The position numbers and the translations under genes were made by a program. A stretch of DNA of 62,618 nucleotides, filler included, from Basidiobolus ranarum (Eukaryota), in the NCBI GenBank assembly GCA_040143965.1. It is 6 parts of 6 records of this genome, joined end to end, with 100 filler letters (N's around TTAATTAATTAA, not from the genome) between each part and the next. Parts side by side here need not be neighbours in the genome. Positions count along the whole stretch, not along the records: positions 31,418 to 41,758 come from JASJQH010007589.1; positions 41,859 to 52,194 come from JASJQH010007590.1; 4 more parts are not named here. One strand, given 5' to 3'. Below the pieces are notes generated by a model. That model was given only the letters and a program-made list of their open reading frames with translations, ran no database searches and had not been told where the DNA came from. Of this stretch, positions 38,335 to 50,941 are shown one piece after another (the stretch's first letter is position 1; every line of letters begins with the position of its first letter).

Positions 38335-40625
38335 GTTAGAAGTGTTGCTATTAGAAAGTGGAATGCTTTTGGTAATGAACTTTATTGGGTTTATATAGAA
38401 AAGGCAACGTCACTTTCCTTAATATAAATGAGTCATGATCAGATCCTAACGAAATGCGTACGAATGCTGATTTTAGATGATTGTACTATAATGCTAAGCC
38501 ACAGAGTTGTATGGGAAGTTTGTATATGCTACGTCAGCAATGTATCACTTGATTCCCTAGAAGTGTTTATGCTACATTGTAAGCTCCTCAGTTATTGAAA
38601 TCAGGAGAATCAATGAATGCAGATATTCCTATTACCCATCCGAATATGGTACAAATAATAATGTACTTGTAGATAAACAGGCTGAGCTTGCTATTTAAGA
38701 TCTGTTACGTAAATACTATCAGTAGAGGCCAGACATAAGAGCCGGTAATTCAGCTAAGACGTGTATTCTAGAGCAATGTAATGCCAATTACCACAAGGAA
38801 TGAAGGCCAACAGATAATCCTGTCATGCTTACAAGCATGAGATTCAATGTAAGCACTGCCGGAGCCTGAAGTGTTCGGCAGACAGATGTTGCTCTTTCAG
38901 AAAGGATATTGCTCACAGATATCCCAACGAGTTTTTACTTGAACAGCTACCGATCTTGGCATTTACTTTGGCCCATCAATCAATAATGCATGTGTCAAAT
39001 ATCAATTAACTTGCCTACACATTCTTCCACGTAATAGGGTTAAAATATGATGAATGCACTCTTGGCTATGACAACCTTTCCCGATATTTAGATCCCAGTC
39101 ATGGCCCTACTAAATTGAACAATTCCATAATATAAAGAGAAGTCGATGTTTACAATATATGCTGTCACACCAGAGTTGTCGTAGCCTGCTGTTGTGAATT
39201 TGAATATGAATCGACGATGTGGATTTTTGAGGTGCTTATACATGAAAGAAACATGCATGCTCTCATTTCGTTGTATACCAAGTAACCCTCCTATACTGTT
39301 AAGAGACTCATCAAAGCTCAGTAAGGTGCCATCTATGGCGGATCTAAACTAATCATCCCGATTCCAAGAAGGGCTAGATTCAAACAAGTATAGCCTTGTA
39401 GTCTGTTTATGCCCGATTGACACTACAGTATGCTCGATAAGTCATTTAATTTATGATGTCACACGCATAGAACTTACTTACAGCATCATATTGTTGATGC
39501 AACTATGGGGAGAGCTAGCTTTACGTGTACAAGTTTCAATTTAAACTGTGCATTTTCACAACCAAGTTCTTGTTTCATATGTAATACAAAAAAGATTCAA
39601 CCAACTATATCCCAAGAGTGAGGTTGTTGTGTAAATATAATTACTTGACAATGGATACACAATCAAAGAGGGCGACATTATATGGGGCTTTTAGTGTTAA
39701 GTCTTTATATTGAATTGACTGAAGGTTTGTTTGTTTTAGTATGCGTTCTGATCCATAGCTAGTTTCTACAACTAATTTTGACTGTCACATATAGGCTTAC
39801 TCCGCCATGATAACATGCTGATTCTACAATGAAATCCACTTCTCCTTCTCACTAAACTAAATTCAGCCACCAATTGAGTTTCTTTCATATAAAAGGAATA
39901 AAGAGATTCGTAACATTGACTTCTCAAAAACGATCATAAGTGATGAATAAGCATGGACTTACGGTCTAGATGATATCACCTAGTTTCCTTCATGAACAGG
40001 CAATGATAGCATCATCACTGTACACCTTCTACATATAGATGGAGCGCCCTTCAGAATGATACCTCAAAGCTATCCATATATGTGAAATACGGATATTTTT
40101 TAGTAGTGCGGCTTTAACGTATTCTTCTATTTTCATCTTTATGTGCGTACTTATATGGTTGGTCTACAGGTATCTAGTGCTCTAAAAAGATGGGAATCTG
40201 GATTGCCTATGTGCTCCTCACCGAGAAGTGGGTACTGATATACCCCGATCCAATTGATGTTAGATAAAAAAGCAGTGAAATCATTATTCATTCTACGGTT
40301 ACGTCAAACACTACCAGTAATCATTTTATGAAATGTGATCCCAATGGTTATTTCAGAAACTGTCAATTCCAGTTAATATTTCGTCTTGCGTAGTTCAAAT
40401 TAGTAGAGAAATTGATGGAATAATAATTCTAAAATATATTCCAGAATACGTTTCGCATATTGCTTTTACATTCGCTTAATTGAGGAAAGTTATGTGAACT
40501 TGAAGGGGTCTCTAACTTCAATATACCCTCGAAATAAGGTGATAGTGTACCAAAGAAATTATAATGTTAGTCCCAGTTTCCCTTCCCTTCCCGTCTGTTG
40601 ACCTTCGAGCTATTCCTAATCCTAA

Positions 40626-41309
40626 ATGGCCCCTAAAGTTAAAGGTACCTGAATTTTTTGTTCTATCCAATGAATTGGTATCGCGCTTTCTACATTATAT
40701 CGAGGTCCTGTGGCTTAAATTGTATATACACAATCGCTGACCATAGTAGGTCTCGGAAATGAATATCAATGTAATATAATACGTCCATCCATCCACTCTA
40801 TACCTATCAATTTTCCAAGAATTCGTACCAAATCTAGACCAGACTACTTTACTTATCTTATTGATGTTATCTTTACAGTGGTCTCCGAGAAGAGCAAGGC
40901 TCTCATTGCCAAGAAGGCAACCTTGAAGGGTACACATGGCTCTGCTGTCCGTAAGGTGCGCACTTCCACCACCTTCCGTCTCCCCAAGACTCTTCGTCTT
41001 GCTCGTGCTCCTCGTTATCCTCGTAAATCTATCCCTAGTGCTCCCCATATGGACCAGTATGAAACCATTCGTTCTCCTTTAAATACAGAGACTGCTATTA
41101 AGAAGATTGAGGATAATAATACCCTTGTTTTCTTGTGCGACGTTCGTGCTAACAAACGCCAAATTCGTGATGCTGTTAAGCGTCTCTATGATGTCGAAGC
41201 AGCCAAAATTAACACCCTCATTCGCCCTGATGGTCAGAAGAAGGCGTACGTTCGTCTTACTGCTGATGTCGATGCTTTAGACGTAGCCAACAAAATTGGT
41301 TTCATTTAA
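40626..41309 (+). CDS. RPL25: 60S ribosomal protein L25 (uL23); exons 40626-40644 and 40879-41309
   Basis: MAPKVK/VVSEK...[20 protein letters not shown]...[11 protein letters not shown]...[18 protein letters not shown]...ANKIGFI*; 234-nt GT-AG intron. Confidence 0.97.
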
Positions 41310-41634
41310 ATACATATCACGCCATTTCCATAATCCGATAACGCATTTGGCTCCAGTCTGACTCCTGATAGAAGAGGTTCGAAACATAAAATATAGATTT
41401 GGACGTCTTTTTGGATAGTGATTCAAGGAGTGCCAAATGCTTATGTGGGCAAAATGACGTACACTGTGGATCTTCTGGATAACACGAGGTTAAGTGTGCT
41501 CTCACTTTGATTGATCTATATTTCGGCCTGAGTAATGGTTTATATTTTTTGAATTCAAAACCAATCTTTTCAAAACTCAAATTCCTGACTCTAAATTTAT
41601 TTCAAAAATAACAAACGATAACAAAATATGATCA

Positions 41635-41758
41635 CTAAGCTTTGACTTTACTTTCAGCAAGGAAGTAATTGCTAGCTACTTCGCTTAGATAAAACTTCTT
41701 AACAAAGGTAGTGGAGTTGAATTTACCACGTTGACGACCATTTTCAGGCAGTCTTTGG
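41635..41758 (-). CDS. 3' end of a PEBP/RKIP-family protein (5' part beyond contig edge)
   Basis: QRLPENGRQRGKFNSTTFVKKFYLSEVASNYFLAESKVKA* resembles the PEBP C-terminal RGKF...F.KKY.L..VA.NYF.A pattern. Absent from the ORF track. Confidence 0.7.
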
Positions 41759-41858
41759 NNNNNNNNNNNNNNNNNNNNNNNNNNNNNNNNNNNNNNNNNN
41801 NNTTAATTAATTAANNNNNNNNNNNNNNNNNNNNNNNNNNNNNNNNNNNNNNNNNNNN
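41759..41858. other. Artificial contig spacer
   Basis: N44-TTAATTAATTAA-N44. Confidence 0.98.
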
Positions 41859-41899
41859 ATGTGGACGGACGTGCTCTAATATAAAGCTTGGGTTACAAG

Positions 41900-42174
41900 A
41901 CTCCAACCCAACTGAATTTCGTAATAAGCAAACATTTAAGTCGTATATTGTTTTCTTTAAACCTGAAACCGACCTTGATATTATACGTGAAGCTGAGGAG
42001 GATGTTGAATGCTCTGGTGGAATTATCACACATAGATACCGAGTTGGTGTGATTGGCTTCTCCGCTCAGGTTCCTTATGACGCTGTTAATACTTTCTCCA
42101 CCTCTCCACACGTCCAAATAGTAGAGGAGGACCAAGAAGTTCATACATTTGACAACAACAATGTGAGAATTTAG
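41900..42174 (+). CDS. Peptidase inhibitor I9 (subtilisin-propeptide-like) protein, last exon
   Basis: SYIVFFKPET...DVECSGGIITHRYRVGVIGFSAQVP...SPHVQIVEEDQEVHTF followed closely by a stop, with no downstream protease domain. Absent from the ORF track. Confidence 0.85.
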
Positions 42175-42495
42175 ACAGCTACACAACTCTACTGCCCCTT
42201 GTGAACAGGAAAGTCTTCATATTTGAATATACTATCCAATTTTATCTGTAACAAATTATAAAAATACCGTTTATAAATGTACTCCCTGAGTGATTCATGT
42301 TTGTATTTTGATTGACAATACAAGAGATAGCTGGTACGCTGAGACTCTAAATTTGTTGAGTCACTAGTTGACTTGTTTGCTCTTGAGTGTCGAAATAAGC
42401 GGTCTCAGGGAATAGGCGACATTGACCAAATACTACGATATTTTTAAGAACAATTAGCAGTAAGATCATTGTGACGTTTTACAAAACGATCATAT

Positions 42496-42519
42496 ATTGT
42501 ATTGTATTGTATTGTATTG
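42496..42519. repeat. (TATTG)n microsatellite, ~5 units
   Basis: tattgtattgtattgtattgtattg read directly from the sequence. Confidence 0.85.
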
Positions 42520-44718
42520 GAGCACATATGATGAACATGAAGGGAGCTAAAAAATTCATTTTGGTAGAGGCAACAACAGAGAGAATACGACCACCAATCC
42601 TGTTATCCCCAGTGAAATGACATTTCAGTACTACTATGTGCTTTCAATAGCCTCTTGGGGAATCTAGAAACCGAGACTCGCTAAGGCTACAGCTCTCGTT
42701 ACCAGGAGCAACCTTGCGGTTTCGAGAAGTGTTGATTTAGTTTCGGAACACTCTTCCAGTTTCAGAAAAAGGATAATGAATAGTAAATGAGTATGGCACT
42801 GGTGATTCTTAATGAACTGTTTGGCTGATCAATAGCCATTGATATCGAGCAATTTGGTATTTCTGCATATTATCATTTCATAATCTAGACATCTCAATCA
42901 CTGGCTCAGCAGACACGACTGGTGATTGAGTTTGTACAAAATAAGCACAAATCACCTTTGTTAATGAGACATGACTGTTGAAGCTTTTTCTATTGACACT
43001 TACCAATGAATGTATGACTGGATAAAAGCTCATCTGGATCGAGCCCTTTCCTCAGTAGTAAAAATTCTCCATTTTGCATCCTTTTTTTCCAAAGAAAAGG
43101 CAAAATCCATTCACAAATTTTAATGTATGAGTGGGCTGGAATAGTTGCGACTAGACACTGCATATTTACTCTCGTATTGTCCAGGTGCATTATCTATTCA
43201 CAGTGTGGCCAATAATTTCAATAAAGTATTAGTGAACTTCAAGTATTGAATATAATATATAGGATTTCAGCTCTCCACAAGATGTGTTTTACATGTCGAT
43301 TATACGCCTAATTAGTCTAAAAGTCGCGTAATGATCCTTTAATACAACCGGCTTGGCATCAATGGTATGTAGTGGCAAGAGCTACTTACATTCTAGTATG
43401 CAATTCTTTATTACTCTTGTGCTCATTCTTAGCAAGCGTTACTCCACCTCTGGTGGTATTCAAGCATATGAAAATGGTGCAAAGCGTGATTTCCTGGCTT
43501 AGGTATCAAACATAAATTACAGCTAATACCGGCATGTGTAAGGATGCATCGAATGGTGGCCATTTGGACTAACCTCACCCGAGATTAAACAGGTAACAAC
43601 CCATATCCCGCATTCATCAACACTTACAATCGTATGACCAATCCAATACTCATACACACACACACATATATATAGGCGACATACATAATTGGCTGTTACT
43701 GTTATTGAATAATGCAAGCCAGAGATCTGTTATCTTCCTCAACCAATGGTAGCTGCTCATTGATTGGTGGAATGAACTGCGGCCTTCTGATAGTGCATTT
43801 ATTAAGAAAATTTCTCTTACAATCACGAGGGCTCATAGTATTCCCAGTAATCACTCAGATCACGACTCAGTTTAACGCGCTGAATCACCTACCAAAGCGA
43901 GCCAAATGTGAATGGAACGCTAACACGAACTTGGATGGGGTGCAAAGATACGCGCTTGCCATGGAACCCCTATTGACGCAACGTTGCTCACCAGTCAATA
44001 GCTGAATAGGTACCTGCTGAGGGGCGCATGTATTAAGGCCAAGGGTTCATGATTGATTGAGTGATGAGATGGCAATTATCAAACACCCCTCACTCATAGT
44101 AGTTGCATTTAGGTTGAGTGGGATCCGTTGAGGCAGACGAAGAGATTGATTTCTCTATGGCAAATGGCAGGCATTTCTTACTAGCAATCATGTCCAGTTA
44201 GAGTATACGACCCTACGTATGCACCTAGATTACCATCAGCTGATTAAGCTTAACCCCTTTCACTAAGGAAATTGTAGGTCATGGGCTATAGGGTATTATA
44301 GTGCGAGAAATCAATGGTGATAGGATAGCTGGTTGGCACTGAAGATTGAGGTGAAAACAACTGCTAGTAACATCCAATGGCAATCTGAGAATCCAGTTGT
44401 TGTGAACCCAAATGTTTTTAGCGAAAGAGAATGCGTGTGTGCGGGTGCGGGTGTGATCACATAGATTCATAATAGCCCTAGTAAAAAATCTCACTAGGCT
44501 CCTACCCTGCTATTAACATAATTTCCTGAATGCTAAGGTATTTTTAACGTACGTGATCCCCCTCACATTTCATATCATAGCTTAGCTTGCTAGCTTTTCA
44601 ATTTCCCTCATCTCAGCCTTATTCACACAAGTTTGATATTCTCAGATTACTCAGAAATATTTTTTATCACTGAGGAATCATACCAATACTACTCTTCTAT
44701 ATTGTCCACATATAAACC

Positions 44719-45288
44719 ATGCCTAAAACAGCCAAACCTCGTGAAGAAAAGGCTTCCAAGCGTTCCGCTAAGGCCGAAGCTCCTGAAAAGAAGACTCGCA
44801 AGAAGAGAACCAAGAAAGACCCTAACGCTCCTAAACGTGCTCTCTCTGCCTTTATGTTCTTCTCTCAGGAATGGCGTGAGAAGGTGAAAACTGAGAACCC
44901 TGATGTCTCCTTTGGTACGTGAAGTGCTATAGCTCCATTGGTTTCTTCAATGGTACCTCTTGACGCGAGTTACTTATCCCTTTCTTTAGGCCAAATTGGC
45001 AAAATTCTTGGAGAGAAGTGGAACAAAATGGACGAAACTGATAAGAAGGTAACATCACCAGATAACTTAACTCTCTTTCACCTCAGTCATTCCTAAGTTG
45101 TGCTTCTTTTTTGTAGCCATATGCTGCCAAAGCCGAAGAGGACAAGAAGAGATACGAAGTCGCGAAAGCTGCTTATGAGGTAAATATTGATCATTTATGT
45201 TCTACGTGACTATTGGTTCTAATCTATGGCTAATCCCAATTAGAAAAACGGATCTGGAAATACCGATGAGGATGAAGAATCTGAGTAA
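44719..45288 (+). CDS. NHP6: HMG-box non-histone chromosomal protein NHP6; exons ~44719-44914, 44990-45048, 45117-45179, 45244-45288
   Basis: [45 protein letters not shown]...[14 protein letters not shown] with an acidic tail. Confidence 0.95.
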
Positions 45289-46141
45289 TTTCTCCTTCAG
45301 GCTCACAGCACCATATACACTAATATTTTATAAACCCCTTCCAATCAATCCTGTAACCTAATATTGTTTCGTTATGGCTTTACCCCAAGAGCCCATTTGC
45401 TGTTGATATATAGTTTTTTCTTTCATATTTGTTCACGAGACGGACGAACCTCTTCACTTGATATTTAGAGTTTAGTTATGTGTTAGTGATGGCTTTTTTT
45501 ATTACAATGCTTCTTTACAATGATTTGTTTGGCTACAGTAGCCAGCGCAGGGCTTGTATTTCTGATTTCTTTTTGATATATGAATAAAGAAAATTCACGA
45601 ATGGATTAGTAGGCTATCTGAGCATACGTGACACTTGGCTTGCATCTTGCTAGCTACACAATAGTGAAAAAAGACAGTACCACCCAACATGCAGTCAGAA
45701 ACATCAAAATGTCCGATTTAGCCTTCTTACCAAAGAATGGAATTTGCTACTCTTTCCGGATAGTCCTTGAATTCACTTATTTCATATATCTATAGTGAGG
45801 TGTGATCAACGAGTACAACTTTCCGGATTCAGAGATTATGGTTCAAATGGAAAAAGGATCTTTAATCGCTTCATGTCCGCTACATACTAATCGAGATTAG
45901 CGATGTTTCACATGCTGCACTATAAGGTGGGAGATTGGTTCCATTTAATGAGTGAATGTTGTGACTGTGTAATGTAAAAACGGCAGGGATGACTATAACT
46001 TGAAGGTTGGACTGTAGGGGTGTAGAGGCGTAGGGTAGGTGCTGAGACGAAGATTATTAGGTAAGCAAGGGATTGGTGCTTATGAACAAGGAGGTATTAT
46101 ATCAGAATATTAAGTAAATGCGTAAATGGCGAGTGGACTTA

Positions 46142-49029
46142 TTATAAGATTACATGGTGATTAGCATTAGCATTGGTGTTGGGGAACGGGCTTTGTTCAG
46201 TGTTAAAGCTTTCCATAAATCTATCGTTTTTGAGATTCAGGCGATCTAGTATGGTGTGGTAGATAAACTTGTAGGACCATAGATTTCCTTTACGGCGCGT
46301 AATATCTACGATATAGAGCTTACCAAGCTCTTTCAGTTTACATATTTCCATTACAAAGTTGATCTCTTCACCAGAATCTACTGTCTCATCACCGTAAATC
46401 GGTTCCATGGGAGTAAGGCCGTCAAAGTGAACTGGGCAGGATACTTCTTGACTGCCAATTTTTAAGAGTCGGGTAAACGCGCTTGTACGTCTTCGGGAAG
46501 AATTAGTGGAGGAGCCAATTGATGGAGTTGCCGTGGTTTGTGTTTCGGTAGAAATCACCGAGTTTCGAGATTTCAACGAGTTGGTGCATGCTTTTTTCTT
46601 TCTCACACATTTTAGTTTCCATTCATATTCCTTTTTAATCTCTATGCCAAGTTCTTCCAATAGCATTTTTATCTCCTGCATCAATTCAATTGGAGATTTT
46701 GAGGTGACGGCATTATCATCAATGGCACCCGTGTGGCAACGTAATCTGAATTCATGAGAGACTCGGCAGTGGTTTCTTCTGGGGTGTGACATATGTGATT
46801 CGAATGTATGTTGATGTTTACCTAGAGACTTCTTACGGAACCAATCCATGACTTTCTTGGCTGCATTTGAGCTCATACTTTGCTGTTGCACTGATGATGG
46901 CAAATCACTAACAACCAATGGATCACTTAGTACGCTCAAGTTTCCTTGTTCAGTAGGGTTATGTAAAATATTGGGTAGACAAGGTGTTTGTGAGTTACTC
47001 GAAATAGGTGACTCAAACATTTGCATGTTCGAATTCTCAATAGATTCCACAAATTGCCCTCGGCTGTGCTCACGGGGTATAATAATAGAGGGTAAATCGG
47101 CAGGTTGTTGGTGAGTAGGTTGTGAAAAGTGAATAGTAGTGGGTCGAACGCGGTTGTGGCTATTTATGTGCCGTGTTGAGTTGAAGGGATCAAGATGTAT
47201 CTGTTCTAGCGGCTTCTCTAAGGTTACTTCAACAGCCATAGGGTCGTTGCCATCTTCTTCATCGGCTTCAACAATACCATTGAGGTGGCTTTCTGGAAGC
47301 TCGGGACTAGATAGATTGGCAACCGGTGACTGATCATACTCCACTTGAATCGTATGTCTCTTTGGTGGCCGTGCTGTCTCCGTGTATGTTGGCGAGTCAG
47401 ATTCCATATTGCTCTGCTCCATATCCTCCCATTCATTCTTACTCTCCTCGAAGATGTACGCATACGGTGCGAGCCAGTTGTGGCTCATGATTGCCCTCAT
47501 GTCACATCTCTGTGTTGGATCAGGTACGAGCATTCGTCGGAGGAGATCACGTCCATCTGGACTGACGTAGTCTGGGAACACTAGGGGTGTCGAGAGAATA
47601 TATTTGTACAGTAGGTTGATGTTGTCACCATCGGGGTTCTCTGGATCGTCATCGAATGGCAGATATCCACACAACATTGCGTATAGAATCACTCCGCACG
47701 ACCAGATGTCCACCGCTGTCCCAACATACATCCCCTCGCTGACCACTAGCTCAGGTGCGGCGTAACAAGGTGATCCACAGGATGTTGCCATCAGGTCATT
47801 CAGTGGACTCGAGAACTGATTCGCAAACCCAAAGTCAGTGATAATGATGTTTCGGTTACGATCAAGCAGTAGATTCTCCTATATCATCGTAAATATCGTT
47901 AGTATACATTCTCACTACTGCTACTGCCACTGCCACTTTCAACCCCAACTCAATCCAATCCATTCAGCATGTATAGACTTACCAGCTTCAAATCTCTGTG
48001 GACGACATTCTTCTCGTGCATATAACTCACACCTAGAAATAACACACAAACATGAATGAGTTCCACTGTCAACATGCCACTTGACTCTATCCTCATCTAC
48101 TCCTTCTCAAGCCATATCTCCATTACTTACCGCTAATTAGTTGGGCAAACAATCTACATGCCTCTCGTTCCTTCAGATATCGGTGCGCAAGGATATGATC
48201 GAACAACTCGCCACCTAACAGATCGAGTGAACAAGAAATCCAAAAAATAGGTTAGCCTTCGTGCTTTTCAAGTTTACCAGATATATATATCATAGCTCTC
48301 TCCACCCCATCCCCGCCACATTCATCATAAGACAAAACATGGGAAGGTGTCCAGAGAGTGGCCATGGTATGAATCAAACGTAGCCATAAGCGAAAGTACA
48401 TACCAGAAGCGTATTCGATGATGATGCCAATGTATTTGTCAGTCTCTATTACTTCAAATAATCTGACAATATTAGGGTGATCCAAGGACTATTTCAATTT
48501 AAAATGATAGTCAGTATATAAATATAAACAGAGATACGATAAATGCGAATAGTGCATGTAAAAATCATCCAATGTTAACGAGAAATGATGAGCAAACTAA
48601 TGAGACCATCCTTACCCTTAGTACGTTAACCTCTCTTTTGATTTTTATCAGTCGAGTTTCAGTGTCTACGAGTGCTCGTTTAATAAGTTTGACTGCAACC
48701 TATCAGCAAGAGAAAATATTCAATAGCTGCTAAAGATATCCACGAATAGAGACCCATGGTAACACATATAAAGGAGAAAGTAATAATACAAACTCCATCG
48801 TTACCTGGTGTCCAGTTTGAGTATGTATTCCTAGTTTAACTTTGGCAAATTCACCTTCACCGAGAGTTCTTATCAGCGTGTAAGGACCGAATACCGTACC
48901 AGGAATTCGTTGTTTATAGGCAAATGAGTCGGGAAGATCCAAATTCATCGAAGAAGGTACTGACATACGACGACTCTTCACCTCAATGGAATTCGAGAAA
49001 GCTTCAGGCTGGGTTATCGGTGGTGACAT
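46142..49029 (-). CDS. KIN4: Kin4/Frk1/Ppk1-like Ser/Thr kinase with C-terminal KA1-like domain (multi-exon)
   Basis: [47 protein letters not shown] and the family signature [22 protein letters not shown]-terminal [13 protein letters not shown]. Confidence 0.92.
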
Positions 49030-50941
49030 AGAATAATTTTAACAATGATAATAAATACAATTTTATGGTTTATGGGAGGTTAATAGTAAGTTAGGTTAAA
49101 AGGTTCACTATTCACTTGTTAGAAAATCAGAGAAGGTTTGTCTGTAAAGGGACAAAGGTCTAGGGACTTGAAATCAATTAGTAATGAAGATAGCTGATAC
49201 TGAGAACTACTTACACTATTAAGATATCCCATAACTGAGACCCATAACTATATTTACCCGATTGAATATTATTTCCAGAAAAAAAGGCTGGTGAAAGTAC
49301 AAATGGGATTTATGGGGCCAAATGCATTGAAACCGAACCTTCCAACCAGTCATCGATAAAAGATACATAACCACCATATGTCGACTAATTGAAGCCATTC
49401 CAATCTTATCTGGTTAATTGGATAATCCACAACATTCCCATTAATTCGATTCGATGATTCGTATATCTCTTTGGCGGACATTATTCGAGGAAGGCCTCGT
49501 AACGGAATTAATTAGGGGCTTACCGATGCATAGACAGCTCCAGCAGATCGACAAATATCTAGTCCATCTTATTGTTGATGTAGGAGACTAAAGGGTCTGC
49601 TGTACGTCATGATTTATTTTTAGAACCCCAAAATAGGAAATAGAAGTTCCTTTGGAGTGGGAATAAAACAGAATATCCGTAACTCACCGAGCACAGAATA
49701 TGGAGTTTGGAGCCGAGGAACATCTAGTAAAGTGATAGAAAAGTGGCCAACAGAAAGCGTCTGATGATTAGTTATTTAGCTGGCAATTGGTGAGGGCATC
49801 TCAAAGTCCCTGGAAGTTTACCCTCGGAACTTAGTCGATATACCATGTAGAGTACTGATTCTCATACCTGTGGGCTGGTCACATGAAAGAGAAACGTGAT
49901 GATATCGTGGTTTGAATTGGCAGCCGGGACATGATAGATGCGAAAGGGTTGTTTTGAATTCCATGTGGCTTTACATTATGGTTGTTTGTTATTCATTAAA
50001 ATTGTAACAACACCTCTTTGTACTCTAATCTTGAAGAACTTTACTACTTGGTCTCTAATTTCCTGGGGATCTGGGTACGATTACGCTTACTATTTTAATG
50101 TTGACCATACATTGTTTCCGATCACGTTGTGACAAGGAAACTTGGTCGCAGAGATAATACCAAGCTCGATGTAACGAGTTTATCTTACACTATCAAGTCG
50201 ATCTAGGTATGATATTATTGTGGAACTGACCTTTTTCACCATTAACGATGATGTGAGCCACAAATACTATTTCCGAGACAAAAAATTCATGTTCGGAGAT
50301 TCTCTAAGCCACATTATTTGAAACATCCTTAACACCCGTATTATCGCAGCTCATCTTAAATATACAATGCCAATGGGGCTCGTTTGCAAGTAAACGGAAC
50401 ATCGATCCGTGTGAAAGGTGGTGACACTTGCCTCATTCTAGCTAATTGTTAACTTTATCTTGCAGTAGATTTTTGTAAGACGTGAGAATAGCAGCCTCAT
50501 ATGGAATTAAGAGAGTAAAAAGGAACGAACAAGTAATTTATATCATTAATGGTCAGATCCTTCTCATCAAGATATTCAAAAGGATTGCGTAATGCAAGAT
50601 GGTGTATAGGATTGGGTATACAGTAGAATGTGACGGGGAGAAGCTCTCTTGGTGATAGTAAAACAGAAATGATGAGAATGAGGAGATAGTCCTAAGAAAT
50701 AAAACGAGGATATAAAAGGGATAGGGATATCCAATGAAGGGATAGTTTCGAAGGTAAGGCTTGAGAATTAGTTGACGTTAGAGTAAAACCTATGTGCGAG
50801 AAGTGAACGAGTTTATCTTGCTTCAGAAGGTGGAGGGGCGGTGATGGAATATAGTGCCAGGTCAAGTGTCATTATCGTCATAGAGATCAAGAAAGTTGTA
50901 AGAATCTCTCGCGATAATTGTAGAAGTTACAAAGGTGATGC

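Noticed and set aside
41365..41418. SECIS-like look of the RPL25 3' hairpin (UGA.., ~12-bp helix, AAA, ..GA)
   Set aside because: RPL25 has no in-frame TGA and ends in TAA, and the base before UGA is C rather than A/G. Kept only as a generic structured element.
41635..42174. Adjacent protease-inhibitor-type genes (PEBP and I9)
   Set aside because: They are separated by an artificial spacer, so there is no evidence of real linkage.
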